Source: Bugula neritina (Eukaryota > Animalia > Bryozoa). From it: a stretch of 64,000 nt of DNA. The DNA is taken from the NCBI GenBank assembly GCA_964035545.1, contig OZ037769.1, positions 7,669,929-7,733,928 on the forward strand. The letters run 5' to 3'. How positions within the stretch are numbered: position 1 is the stretch's first letter; every line of letters starts with the position of its first letter. Below, piece after piece: positions 14,870 through 27,800 of the stretch. The translations under genes were made by a program, and so were the position numbers. The notes under the pieces are model-generated. The model did not search any database. It was given only the letters and a program-made list of their open reading frames with translations, and was not told the origin of the DNA.

Positions 14870-15845
14870 TGCCCAAACATTCATAGTTAGTTTTATAAAA
14901 GTGATTATCTGAAAATTTTGTATCTTTTAGACTCATTTTTTTTTATTTATGTAACTTCTCATTTTATTTTCGTACTAATGTCTGAATGGCTAGTCACAAT
15001 ATGTCTATTATTACGATGAAATAAATTTTAAAGAAAAGTTCTAAAATTGAAAATGCATTCGGTTTTGTACTGAAATACTGTTTTTGCTTGGATGTATTTT
15101 TTATATGAATTTTTTATAAATTTGAGAAGTCGGAAAGCATTTGTAGGCAACCCTCACAATTACACATGTAATGTAGTTCTTCTTAAATGGCCTCTCAAAT
15201 TGTAAAGCATATAAAACTGGTTATGCAACTAATAAACTGTTCTCATGTGTAATGCCAATGTGTGCCAACACAGTATCATTTTTGTTTGATTTGGTAGTAA
15301 TTTACTTATGATACTCAAATGTCTCGTCACAACAGTCCTCCATGTCTTATTCACATTGAATCTTCCAAAAAATTGTTTTTATTATATTTATATGTTCAAT
15401 TATCAATAAACTGTTTTGTTATACTTAGGTTATTTCTATGACCATGTGTTGAAGTTAATGCGAAAAGAATGCATTTTCAGTAGTCTCTGCAGTTTACAAG
15501 ACCTGGGATAAAGTTATACCAGCATTTCTGTCAATAAGTTGCTATGCCTTTTACCGCTGTACTGTGTTTAGGTAGCTAAATGGAATTTGAAAATCCAATT
15601 TTGCGCTGCCCAATTTGATGTGTTTTGTTAATATATAGCAGTAGCATACTTTGTTATCTCCATAGAAGTCTATCAAATGGAAAGACAATTCCACTATGTA
15701 AGGTAAACTATAACAGCACATGCAAGCCTGTAACGTTGTGCTAAATATTACGTTTGACACAACGTGTTTTATGAAAAGTTATCATTTGTAGATTTAAAGT
15801 TTTAGCAATTGTTCACTGAGTTATTTATCAAGCTCTAAGTGAGAA

Positions 15846-18800
15846 ATGGAAGGTGATATACCCTCCCAACACACTGATAAAAGCAAGGATTGTAATGATA
15901 AAGATGCAAGAGCTAAACTTAAGAGTAGTCCGAAGCCTAGTAGTAGTTTAAATGAGGTTTCAGGTTTGTTGCTTTCAATAGTTTATCTTAATCTATTGAA
16001 AGTAAGATTTATAATTGATTAATTCAACTATCAAAATGTGTACTTCATGTTTTGAATTTAGACTATCACTGTGGCTATTACTGTCCAACTTGTGAAGATT
16101 ATAATTGGAAAAAAATATAATTATTCTAGCATTATTTTGATAGCTGTGTTAATTTCAGGGTTTTTATCCTGTCTTGGTGTTCATAAATTTACTAAAACTG
16201 CATCTCAAAAATGGTTAATTTTAACTATTTTCTTATTTATTGGTTGTTGTGTAATATCTACATACCCGCTCTTGCTTCAGCATGATTATATCCAATGCAT
16301 AGCGTCAATAGGTTTACATAATGATGCATACTGGAAATTAACTGTTTATTGTGGTGGCTCGTGGAGCTACCAGCAACACAATACGCAAGGTTGCGTATTG
16401 ACCCGGAACAATGTATTAGCCAATTAGCTAAGCTGTTTGATAAGTAATAGTAGCCGCTTCGCGCTACTAGCTCAGTTGAGGATAGTGTTGTAAACTAAAT
16501 AGACGTGCGTATCATTACTGTTGTACATTGGATTTTTATTATGTATTCTTTTATTAAATATAACGATATCTACTCGACTTAACCGGTGAAGTTTCTCTAG
16601 TGTTAAATAGACTCTCTTGGTGGCACATCAACCCTAAAACTGAAAACTATAACAGTGGTGGCAGCAGTGGGATAGTGTATATCAAAGATGGAGACTGAAA
16701 ATGCTAGAATGCAACCACCCCCAGTAGAAGGTGAGCGTAGAAATGCTGTTAATCCTGTGAATCGTGAAGGAGAAGAAGCTTATAGACATTGCTTGAAAGC
16801 TCCCACCTTTACTGGGTCGGAAGATGTCGAACAATTTATACAAGAATTTAGAGAGGTAATGGAAGTTGCTCAATGGCCGCATAGAGTGGCCCTTATCCAA
16901 TTGCGGAGGGCGGTGACGGAGCAAGCCAAGCCGTACGGAGTGGGAACGGACGTAGACGGCATACTGGCTGCGCTGCGGGCCCGTTTTGGCACCTCCGTCA
17001 TAGACGCTAGGACCAAGCTGGAGAGATTGTGCCGCACCCCGCGGACCTCGCTGCAAGAACATGCCGCGACGGTGAAGAAGCTGGCGCAGATTGCATATAG
17101 CGATCTGCCAGCACAACACCAAGAGCGTTACACCTATGATGCCTTTGTCCAGTCCCTAAACGACCTGGGCCTAGACCATCACCTACGAGCTAAAGGGATA
17201 ACCAGAATAGAGGATGCCCTGAAGGCTGGAGAAGCTTACCTGTTGGCTATTCAAATGCATCGAGCACAAAGGAACCCCCCAGTAGTTGGAGTCAGCGCTG
17301 CCAGGGCTACGACAGGCTCCGAAGCCCTCCCGCTGGAAGCCGAAGTGGACCGCATGGTAGAGATGCTGGGACAATTGGTAACCATTCTGGCCGGTGCTGG
17401 CCCCGGTCAGGCCTTGCGGATGCCCCCAACATCTGTGGGGCAGGGCTGGAGTAGCGCTGATCAGGACCAGGGACAGAAAGGACGACCCCAATACCAGGGG
17501 GCGTTAAACTGTCACGGCCCGCGGACACACTCCCTCCCCGCGGGCCGCAACTAAAGGAGTATGGTGGAACGCGCCGTCGTCTGTCCGTACGGACACGGCG
17601 GAACATTCCACCCGAGTGGCAGGTACCACGCAGGACTAGTAGGCCCGCACAACGGCCCAGTACCTTCTCCCTGCCACTCGCTAACCGGTTTCACCGGTTA
17701 CCTCGGGAAGAGGAGCCCGCCACTGAAATGGAGCCAGAAGACCCAGTGGAGAGGCCCAAACCCCGCCGGCACCAACCTCGCCGCCGGAAGCCCCGTAAAC
17801 CACGGGTGAAACCTCCGCCGTCCTGTCAAACCAGGACAGCACATGCGGGGGGGGTAAAAGTACAACCACATGGAGAGAGCTATTTCCTACCCGGAAAGGT
17901 GGCCGGCAACGCCGTCACTTTCCTGCTCGACTCCGGTTGTACTACCAACCTTCTCAGTCGTAGAGTCTTTGAGGCACTGCCCCGCCGGGACAGGGATAGA
18001 GTACGACCGTATACTGGAGAACATGGCACCCTGGCAGACGGGTCATGTATCCCCTTTTATGGTATTATCGAGCTCCCTGGGCGTGTCCGAGATCAGGCTG
18101 TACAGGAGACCTTTATCATAGGTCAACTGGAGGAAGATGCTATCCTCGGAATGCCCTTCTTGAAGCAACACCAGTGCCGAATAGATTTCAGTAAATCGGT
18201 GGTGCTGATGGGCGGGCGAGAACTCGCCTGTGTGGATAAGTTTGGGCGTCCTCTGGTGGGCGGTGTTCAGGTAGTTCGAAACTGCACCGTACCCGGACGC
18301 TCCAGAGCTACTATCCACTGCCGAGTGAACAGCAACCGGATAGCCAGGCTCGGGGTCGTTGAAAGCGCGCACGAAAAGATCCAACTCGCCAGTAGTTTAA
18401 ACCGACTAACTGAGCGAGGGGAGGTCTTAGTGCAGTGCGTCAACCCCTTTACCGAGCCCATTGAGCTCCCAGCTGGGTCAATGCTGGGCCGGTTCCATTC
18501 CGTCCAGGAAGAGGACGTGGGCCCGTCGCTGGGTGACGCGACGGAGGCACCCCCTCGACACCCTATTCAGGGACGAGGGGCAGTCCCAACACATCTCCGG
18601 GAGTTATACGAAACAGCCAGTGGCGGCTGCGCGAGTAACAGAGAACGCCAAGCTATGGCCAAGTTACTACGCGACTACGGTGATGTGTTCAGCAGCGGAG
18701 AGCATGACGTGGGACTGACTGGAATTGTCAGACACGAAATACCGCTGACTGCAGGGACAACCCCTGTCCGGCAGCCCACGCGCAGGCTGGGGCCGGAGAA

Positions 18801-21800
18801 AGAGAAGGAGGTTAGCCGACAAGTACGGGATCTTCTGGACCGGGGACTGATAGAGCCCGCCCATAGTGCGTGGAGCTCGCCAGTCGTACTGGTCCGGAAG
18901 AAAGACGGCAGTTGGCGGTTCTGTGTGGACTACCGCAAACTCAATAGCGTAACCATACAGGACGCCTACCCTCTACCTCGTATTGACGAGTCATTGGACG
19001 CCCTAGCCGGCAGCAAGTACTTCAGTACGTTAGACTTGCTAAGCGGCTATTGGCAGGTTCCTCTGAGTCCCGACGCCCAAGAGAAAGCGGCGTTTATCAC
19101 ACGGGACGGTTTGTGGAAGTGGAAGGTGCTGCCCTTCGGGTTAACCTCCGCCCCAGCCACCTTCCAGAGGCTGATGGAACAAGTCCTTAGCGGACTCCAC
19201 TGGAAGACACTGCTGGTCTACCTCGATGATGTCATCGTAATCTCTCCAGACTTCGAGACACATGTCAGTCGTCTGCAGGAGGTTTTCGAGAGACTCCGAG
19301 GTGCCGGTCTTAAGCTCAAACCTTCCAAGTGCGCTCTATTGCAGCCGGAGGTCAAGTACCTGGGGCACGTTGTCGGTCGAAACGGCGTGGCAACGGATCC
19401 CGAAAAGGTACGGGCAGTAGAAGACTGGGTCACCCCCCAAGACTTGACCGGACTCCGGGCTTTCTTGGGGCTGGTAGGGTATTACAGGCAATACATACCA
19501 GACTTTGCGGGCATAGCCCAGCCGTTAAACCGGCTCACCGCAAAGGGAGTGACGTGGCAGTGGACCCCAGTCGAACAAGAAGCGTTCGACCGCCTCAAGG
19601 GCTGCCTACTAACGGCGCCCATCTTGGCCTACCCAGACCCCACTCTGGAGTACATCCTTGACACAGACGCCAGTGACCAGAATGTTGGCGCTGTGCTGTC
19701 ACAAGTGCAGGAAGGCCGAGAGGTAGTAGTAGCCTACTACAGCAAGTCTCTCTCACCCGCTGAACGAAATTACTGCACTACCCGCAAGGAGCTGCTGGCA
19801 GTAATCAAGTCAGTGAAGCACTTCAGACCATACCTATATGGCAGGAAGTTCCGGCTGCGTACGGATCATGCCTCGCTGATCTGGTTGTGCAGGAGAGCAG
19901 AGCCCTCTAGTCAGGTCGCCCGGTGGCTCGAAATCCTAGCTGAATTCTCGTACCGGATCGAACACCGACCGGGCAAGAGACACAGCAATGCGGATGGGTT
20001 GAGTCGCCGACCTGACGGAGGTTGCAAACAGTGTCTCAACATCGAGAGGAGGGATGGAGGTCCCCCACGATGCGAGTTGGAGACGCTGGCTCATCACGGA
20101 GCATCATTTGACTGGGATCAAGGTCAACTCAGGCAAAGAGTTGATGAATCCCCGGAGGATGTACAAAACCTCCGCGCCAACCCTGTACTGGCCGGTAATG
20201 TTCGAGAGCTGAAGAAGCTCCAAGAAGAGCTGCCTGGAGTCGTGGCAGACATATACCGGGCCAAAAGGGAAGGGCGACGACCCAGCGAGGAACGCATACG
20301 ACAGGGATGCGCCGAGTTCCGGCTATACTGTCAGCGTTGGGACTCGCTGCGGATCGGGCAGGATGGGTTGCTAACCATCTCTCTAGCTGCCAGCGGCAGA
20401 CACCCGGAAAGGAAGAGGGTAGTCTGCCCCACAGCCATCCGCCGTGAGTTGATTTGGGATACTCACAAGCAGGCCCACGCAGGGGTCAAGCGAGTGATAT
20501 CCAAATTACGACTCCGGTGGTATTGGCCGCAGATGGAGCGTGACGTCCGGCTCAGAGTCAAACAGTGTGAGATCTGCCAGGCCAGTAAGCATAGCCGCCC
20601 CCCTGGTGAAGCAGGACGGCGGAGGCTATATGCTGGTAGGCCCTGGCAAGTAGTCGCTGTAGACCTGGTCGGACCCATGCCCCTGACCCCCAGAGGCAAT
20701 AATTGGATCCTAGTACTAACCGACCACTTTACTAGGTGGGTGGATGCTCTGGCTATCCCAGATGCATCAGCCCCGACAGTGGCCAGGGCGCTAGACCAAC
20801 ATGTATTCTGTTATTTTGGGCTCCCCGAACAGATACACTCTGATCAAGGCGCTCAATTCCAGTCTCAACTGATGAGCGACCTTTGCTGCCTCTGGGGAGT
20901 AAATCAGAGCAGGACCACCCCCTACCACCCTCAAGGTAACGGGGTGGTGGAGCGCAACAACCGGATGCTAGGTGATGCACTCCGGAGTCTCCTCCTTGGA
21001 CGAGGTCAAGAGGAATGGGATACGGTGTTGCCGCAAGTCATGCGTGCATACCGTAGCACCCCACACACCAGTACTGGTGAGACCCCAAACCTCTTGATGC
21101 TCGGGAGAGAGACTCGTGTCCCTGACCATCTCACCTATCACGTTCCAGAGCAAGATAACTCAGTCCACGAGTATGCCAGTGAACTAGTGGAACGGATGAA
21201 GGCCGCACACGATATACTGCGCCAACAGCAGTGGAAGGTGCGGCACGAAGATTCCGATGAACCACCTCTCTATCAAAGGGGAGATAAGGTGTGGATGGTC
21301 AATTACCGTAGGCGCCGCGGACAGGCTGATAAGCTGAAGCCTAAGTTCGTAGGCCCCTACGTGGTCGTCGAGGCTATGCCCAATCATACGTACAAGATTG
21401 AGCGCTCAGGACAGGTGTCTATCCAGAATGAGTCTCGCTTGAAACCGTATTGGGCTAGCCCTGACGGAGTGGGAGAAGCCCCCCCGTTGTTAGAGCCCAG
21501 GAGGCAGACAACGACGCGCGGGCGACGGCGGCATGGACCTGAATACGAAGTGGTCATACCGCGGGAGGAAAACTTGGTGAGAGAGGAGCGGCAGCTTTTG
21601 TCAACAGAAGCGTGTCCGCCACCGCCAAGTCTAATTCCATCACTTCCAGAAACCGAGCCGGTTCCGGAAGTGCAAACCCCCACGGAGGGAGGGGCTCCAT
21701 CCGGAGAACAAGAAGAGGTGACCACTAACGGTGAAGTAGAGACGCCATTAGAGGCCCCTACTAACGAACCGGCAAGCGTGTCACCCCCCCTAGAAAGGGG

Positions 21801-24800
21801 ACAGCGTACGAGGAAACCCCCACCGTATTTGAAAGACTTCATATGTGACTGCATTAGAAGCGGCGCACATGAAAGTCTAGGGGAAAACCGTACGATAAAA
21901 TGTTGGAGTTGTGAACCCCACGCAAATATCAACTTTTGCGAGGGCGGAATAGTGGGAGGAATTAATGCGCGTAAAGCAAATAGTTCCGACCTCGTGCCTC
22001 AGAAACGATGCTCAGCCTTTTCTTATGCTGACATCGCCAAAGGCAGACGTATCTCACAACCAGCTCCAACCTTACCAAGAACGTTGAGTATGGACATTAA
22101 TACCGAGTTCCCAGGTAAGCCAGTATAAGTCTTGTATTCCTATTCATGGAAACGGGCTCGATGCCAGTAAATTCTGAACTAATTCAGCAGATTGAATCAG
22201 AATTACTGGGAACCACGTTTCATGTGAATGACGATGAAGACACTGTAATGGCCGATGGTCTGTTAGACCTGGAGCTAGACACTGTTCTTGGTCAGTCCAC
22301 ACATGATTCATCAGTTCCTCGAGTGCATTCCAAAAGCTGTGACTCTCAGGCTAGCAACGGTCGACAGTCACTAGAATTAGGTTGTAAAGATCCACCGCGA
22401 TCTAACACTAATTCTACTTTTGTAGACACACTCGCGCCCGTCTCTCCGGGCATGCCTTCTCTAGAGATGGCGTGGGACTCAGAGCCGGCCCCAACAACTT
22501 CTACAACCAGGCAACTGCCACCCCAGTTGGAAGCAACCTTCAACTGGATTACCCCTGCCACAGAGAGAGAGATCAGGACCCATCAAGGAGGTGAGGGTAA
22601 TCGTGAATGCAACCTCTGCCAGCAGCGATTCACGACCCACCGCAGACTAAAAGTACACTTGCCGCAACACTACATCACCACTTTCTGCCCTTGCGGAGAA
22701 TATAGCTACAATCGTGATTACCTGTTGCGGCACCAACGTACTATGCAGTGTTATCAAGGGCATGTCTATGAAGTAGACGAATCATCCTATCCTGCCTTTC
22801 TCAACGCCATCAAACCACTCATCACTGACTCAGCTCGGCTATCTCGCCTGGAGCAAGGCTTCCCTTCCCCGCGACCCATCATCTCTGGAGCCGCAGATAA
22901 ACCTACACAGTCTACTAACTCTCCACCTCACAGTCCTATACGCATGCCGCATACCTTTCCTCGTGTCGTACTACAGAGAGTAGACACAAATGCGTATACA
23001 CTCCCTCCTCCCCTTCCATCCTCAGAGCGGAAAAGACACAGGCAGCCAACTTCCTCTCGCTCGTCCCCCTGGGCCCGTAACCTACGTGAGGTAGAAGCTA
23101 GGGCGCATGACTTGGAGCAAGAAGTGTACAGGCTGGCCCCACGGGTACAGGCAGCATCCAGTGAACTCAAATATTTACAGGAGTCTATTAAACGCATGAA
23201 GCGTGCGGCCCGCAGTTAACTCGAGTCTACCTACAACTCCCTACTACTCATTCCCCTACCTCTCTGTGGCATTCCCTACCGTAATGGTGGCACGTACTCT
23301 ATATGTAGATAGGATCTTCTCTTGCTTATTACTTAGTGCACGTTATATATACCTGTATATTTTTTACCAGTTGTTGTTTTTTTTGTATATACTTTTATAC
23401 TGTTCTCTTACCCCCCCACAACGAAGTATACGTTTTTTTATGTGAATCTTATTTTATCAGAAAGTGGGCTTTCTGCTGGAGGGGGCAGTGTGGTGGCTCG
23501 TGGAGCTACCAGCAACACAATACGCAAGGTTGCGTATTGACCCGGAACAATGTATTAGCCAATTAGCTAAGCTGTTTGATAAGTAATAGTAGCCGCTTCG
23601 CGCTACTAGCTCAGTTGAGGATAGTGTTGTAAACTAAATAGACGTGCGTATCATTACTGTTGTACATTGGATTTTTATTATGTATTCTTGTATTAAATAT
23701 AACGATATCTACTCGACTTAACCGGTGAAGTTTCTCTAGTGTTAAATAGACTCTCTTGGTGGCACATCAACCCTAAAACTGAAAACTATAACATTATTCC
23801 TCAATAGCTCATCATATTGTTTCAATATATATAAATCTGAGATTTGGTATAAAATGTGAAAAGCTATTTTTGAATTTACAAAGTATTTCTATGGGCAAAG
23901 TTTTTCAGTCTGACTACCAACAGCCGCAATAGCACAACTATGATTACATAAATGTAATCTCTATGTTCTTGTAACCATAATATGTATTGTTATGATATTT
24001 AATCTTCCCGGTAGGTGATCACTCAGCAAGAACGAAATCTGTAGTCAAATTGCCATTAGAATCACACCAAAAGAGTGAAGAATTATCTACCCTTTTTTCC
24101 TCTCGACTCAATCTAAACCTCACAGGGGTAAATGACTCCACATGTCCCCACGCCTCATCTTCAGGTAATGAATTTAAGTGGTATATTTTTCAATAATGAA
24201 CAATGAGTTACAAAAACTACGAGATTTAAATGCCGAGATAAAAAACCATCAAAAGGAATAGGATATTTTAATTACTGTCCATGAAGGCTTTTAAAGCCTA
24301 AAATTAAAGTCAATTTAGAAAAATAACTGAACCTGCACTGTTAAATTTATTCAATTCGATGTAGCTAATAATTGATATTGATGGAGATTGCTTTTGTACA
24401 TGAATCATGGCAAAATGTAAATACTGTATATGTGAATGTTTTGATTATGTAATGAAGAAACTGGCGGAGTGGCGAGGAGTCCCAATACAGTAAGTGGTGA
24501 TGACATAGAACCAATTGACATTGATGCGATCAAATCAGAGCTAGAACTGACCTTTACTAACATATATTGCTACTTCAATATGCTCCAAGCCATTTCAGAT
24601 GACAACGATGTAGATCACCATAGATTTGTGAAATTTATTCAGCAGGTTGGTTTGAAATGCTAGTGGATTTCCTTAGCTCCAAGGCTAAAATTTGGATGCC
24701 CTTGCACTTTTTCCACGTGCAAGCTCCATGCAATAATAGTTTATTCTGTTGAAACTTTTCTTTAGCCACTTGTGTTGTTAAGTTTGAATAATTGATTTCT

Positions 24801-27800
24801 TGTCTAAGGTTATGAAATAGTGCCTAAGTTTATTAAATTTTAGTCTTTGCTACTTTATCTGCTGCATATTGTTTACTTTGTTCTCCTGTTCTTTCCAGGT
24901 TGAACACAAACAGACAGAACTAATAAACGACAGTACGTCATCCCTAGAGTGCAGCAACTTGGCGATAGATCTGGCTTACAACCTAGTTGTCACAGCTTCA
25001 TATATAAACCTCATTTTTGCTTGGGAATCTGGTATGTTTTTCTAAAAGTCTGACCTATCATGGTAACATTCTATCTTTTGGAAAGTATTTATTCATGATC
25101 TTTACATGTTTAAACTGGATAAACTCATGCAGGCTTCATTTAAATGATTGATATTGAATAGTATTTAATTGGTATTGAATCGTACCTTTCAGGTAAACTT
25201 TGCGTAGGAAATGAGCTTATTGATATTGCTATAACTGCAGCACAACATATGTTAGAGTTTGCTCACGAAACACAGAAGAAGGCTGTTGAGGGTTGTGTGG
25301 AAGTGAGTATATTACTCTGCACTTGGTGGGTGACTAACTGGGTGGGTTAGTCACTTGGTGGGTTAGTCACTTGGTGGGTTAGTCACTTGGTGGGTGAGTC
25401 ACTTGGTGGGTGAGTCACTTGGTGGGTGACCAACTGGGTGGGTGAGTCGTCTCAAATTATTGAAAACTTAGAACGAGTAAAAAAGAGGAAACACTTAGCA
25501 ATCTATATTTTTGTTTATATTATTATTTATGTATTATAATGTATATTTCAATGAATAAAAATATTAGTTCTGTGAAATAATTGACTATAGTTAAATAATG
25601 TCGTGTATAGAAACTGGTACTGGTGATGCAGAAGTTCTGCCTTACGACAGTGGTGAGTCAAACTGGAAACTTGCCAAACTTGACAACCGGCCAGAAGAAA
25701 GTGCTGTCCAGGATAAAACGGGTGATGCAGTCATTAGACGAGGACAGGTCGTCTACAAGTTCTACCAACAGTTATGACTCATTGTAAGGCATCTAATTTC
25801 TAATATCTACTATGTTAGAAGTTGCAAATTTGTATGCGTTAATTCTTTTGGTTATATTTCTTGTAAGAATACGTGCTTATTAGCATCTTGTTTCAAGTAT
25901 TTGTTTCAAATTTCTCCATGTTCATATGTTGTCATTGAAAGGTATTAAGACTCACTAAAAATTGATGTTTTTTTTAAATTTCCTTGGCATATTTTTTTTT
26001 AGATCATGCTGTATCTTTACTACAATTCTAATTAGTTAGTTTGTGACCATCACTATAAAAACATGTGTGACTGAAGTTTTTTAATTAGTAAGTTGCATAG
26101 AATGGTGAATTCTTTTAGAGAAGATGATCAAGATATTGTTGAAGCAATTCAAAAGGCAAAAATATTTGGACAGCAAGTTTATAAAGACGCCGTTAGCCAC
26201 ACTAAAGTTACGGAGTATGGTAAGACACACCAATATACTGATACGTAACTCTAACATGCCATACAAATCACTGTCATCACTTGAAATAACGCATGGTTTG
26301 ATTGTAACTTTTGTTTGAACTTAGGAGGTGGGTTTGACACTAGTCACATTCGGTCGTATTATATTTTATTTAATGCAAAAACAATACCTTTCATTAACTC
26401 TTGTTTGTACATCTTATAATTTACCCAACTAGAGTGCTGAGCTTTTGTATACGTTGCTGTTCAAGTCATTCACGATAATATATTGCTTTTTTTACATAAC
26501 TGGATGTAACCATTGCTGCAACGTGCTGAATAAATTTAATATGTTATATAAAATATAGTTCACCCAAATCTGCATTACTGCTTGGGCTCATGAAACTAAA
26601 TAGGAGTTACTTTACCTTGTCCACAAGTGTCTGTAATAATATTTCAGAAGAGGCAAATGAGAATAACAATGCAGACAACCCCGAACTCTGTGCTGCCTAC
26701 ACAGCGGATGATTCCACAGCTGCAGGTTTGTGGTTCAGCTATTAGCACCGACTAAACTATAAAATACCTAGAATAACCTCCCAGTATACTTTCTGTTTGT
26801 TTTATAAAGTATTGGATCTTCCTTACTTAAAACACTAGACATAAGTAAGGCAATAGTACTAAACACAACACATTAATACCTCAACTTCTAATGTTTTGGC
26901 TTGCCAGAAAAAGCTGAACTCGCTAGAAGCAGCACAAAGTTGGGAGTCATTGAGTGCAGTTTTGTATAGATATTTATAAGTATCCAAACTTCAACTCCCA
27001 ACTCCAAATTGGATACCCTCCTCAACCACTGCACTTGATGACCACCAACTTTGTGCTGCTTCAATAGCTTTTCTAAAAAGCCAATCAAGTCATATATTTA
27101 TTTGAGACTAAAAAGACTGCTGTTGGGGTTTCTTTGCTTCATCTAGCTAGCATTGTCAACAATAATGTTGCTGACCATCTACTTCTGTATTTCAAATAAC
27201 TCAATTAGAAAGTCTGGATACCGAATCAGCAGAAGGGAAGTCTGCAGATATGGATGATTTGCTTCTGTTTACTAAATGCAGCCCATTTGCAGACGTGTGG
27301 AGGTTATACGCAGACAACTCGGATCTAGTTGCTTTGTTCAAAATTCAAAATTGTCACCGTGAAGAGTGCTTGAAGCAGCTACCCAATAGTTTCACTGTAT
27401 GTAATACGCTTCATAAATTATTAACAACTTTTAATATTATATTTCATATTAATTAACAGCTTTTTAAAGTTTAGATAGTCATTTTATTATTTAAAATCTC
27501 ATGCTAAAATATTTTAAAAATTTGGGTATATATTAAATGACATGTTAGGCACTACATTTTGCATATAGCTGTTCAGATTTATATGGATGTTGATAAATTC
27601 ACCACGCTACTTGATTTTTTCAAAGTTGTTTGATAAATGCACATTTCATATTTAAGCATTGCACTATTCCAGTAATAAAATGGATGCTTCATACTCCTGC
27701 ATACTTGTAGATGCTGTGTAATTTAGAAGCATTATCCCACAGTGTAGTGTGCAGTTGCATTGCTAATGAAGCTGACCAGTCTAATGACTGTTTCCACATA

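Larger units (their letters stand above)
16350..23793 (+). mobile_element. Full-length Ty3/Gypsy LTR retrotransposon with gag, pol and an extra ORF3
   Basis: TG...CA LTRs, 4-bp TSD TTAT (16346-16349 and 23794-23797), PBS, PPT, PR-RT-RH-IN domain order. Confidence 0.98.

Noticed and set aside
14401-14880. 159-aa and 82-aa repetitive ORFs
   Set aside because: Translations of the 21-bp intronic minisatellite
16682-23197. Antisense and alternate-frame ORFs in the retrotransposon
   Set aside because: Expected by-products of GC-rich coding DNA; no motifs
22146-23219. ORF3 as env
   Set aside because: No signal peptide, fusion peptide or transmembrane anchor
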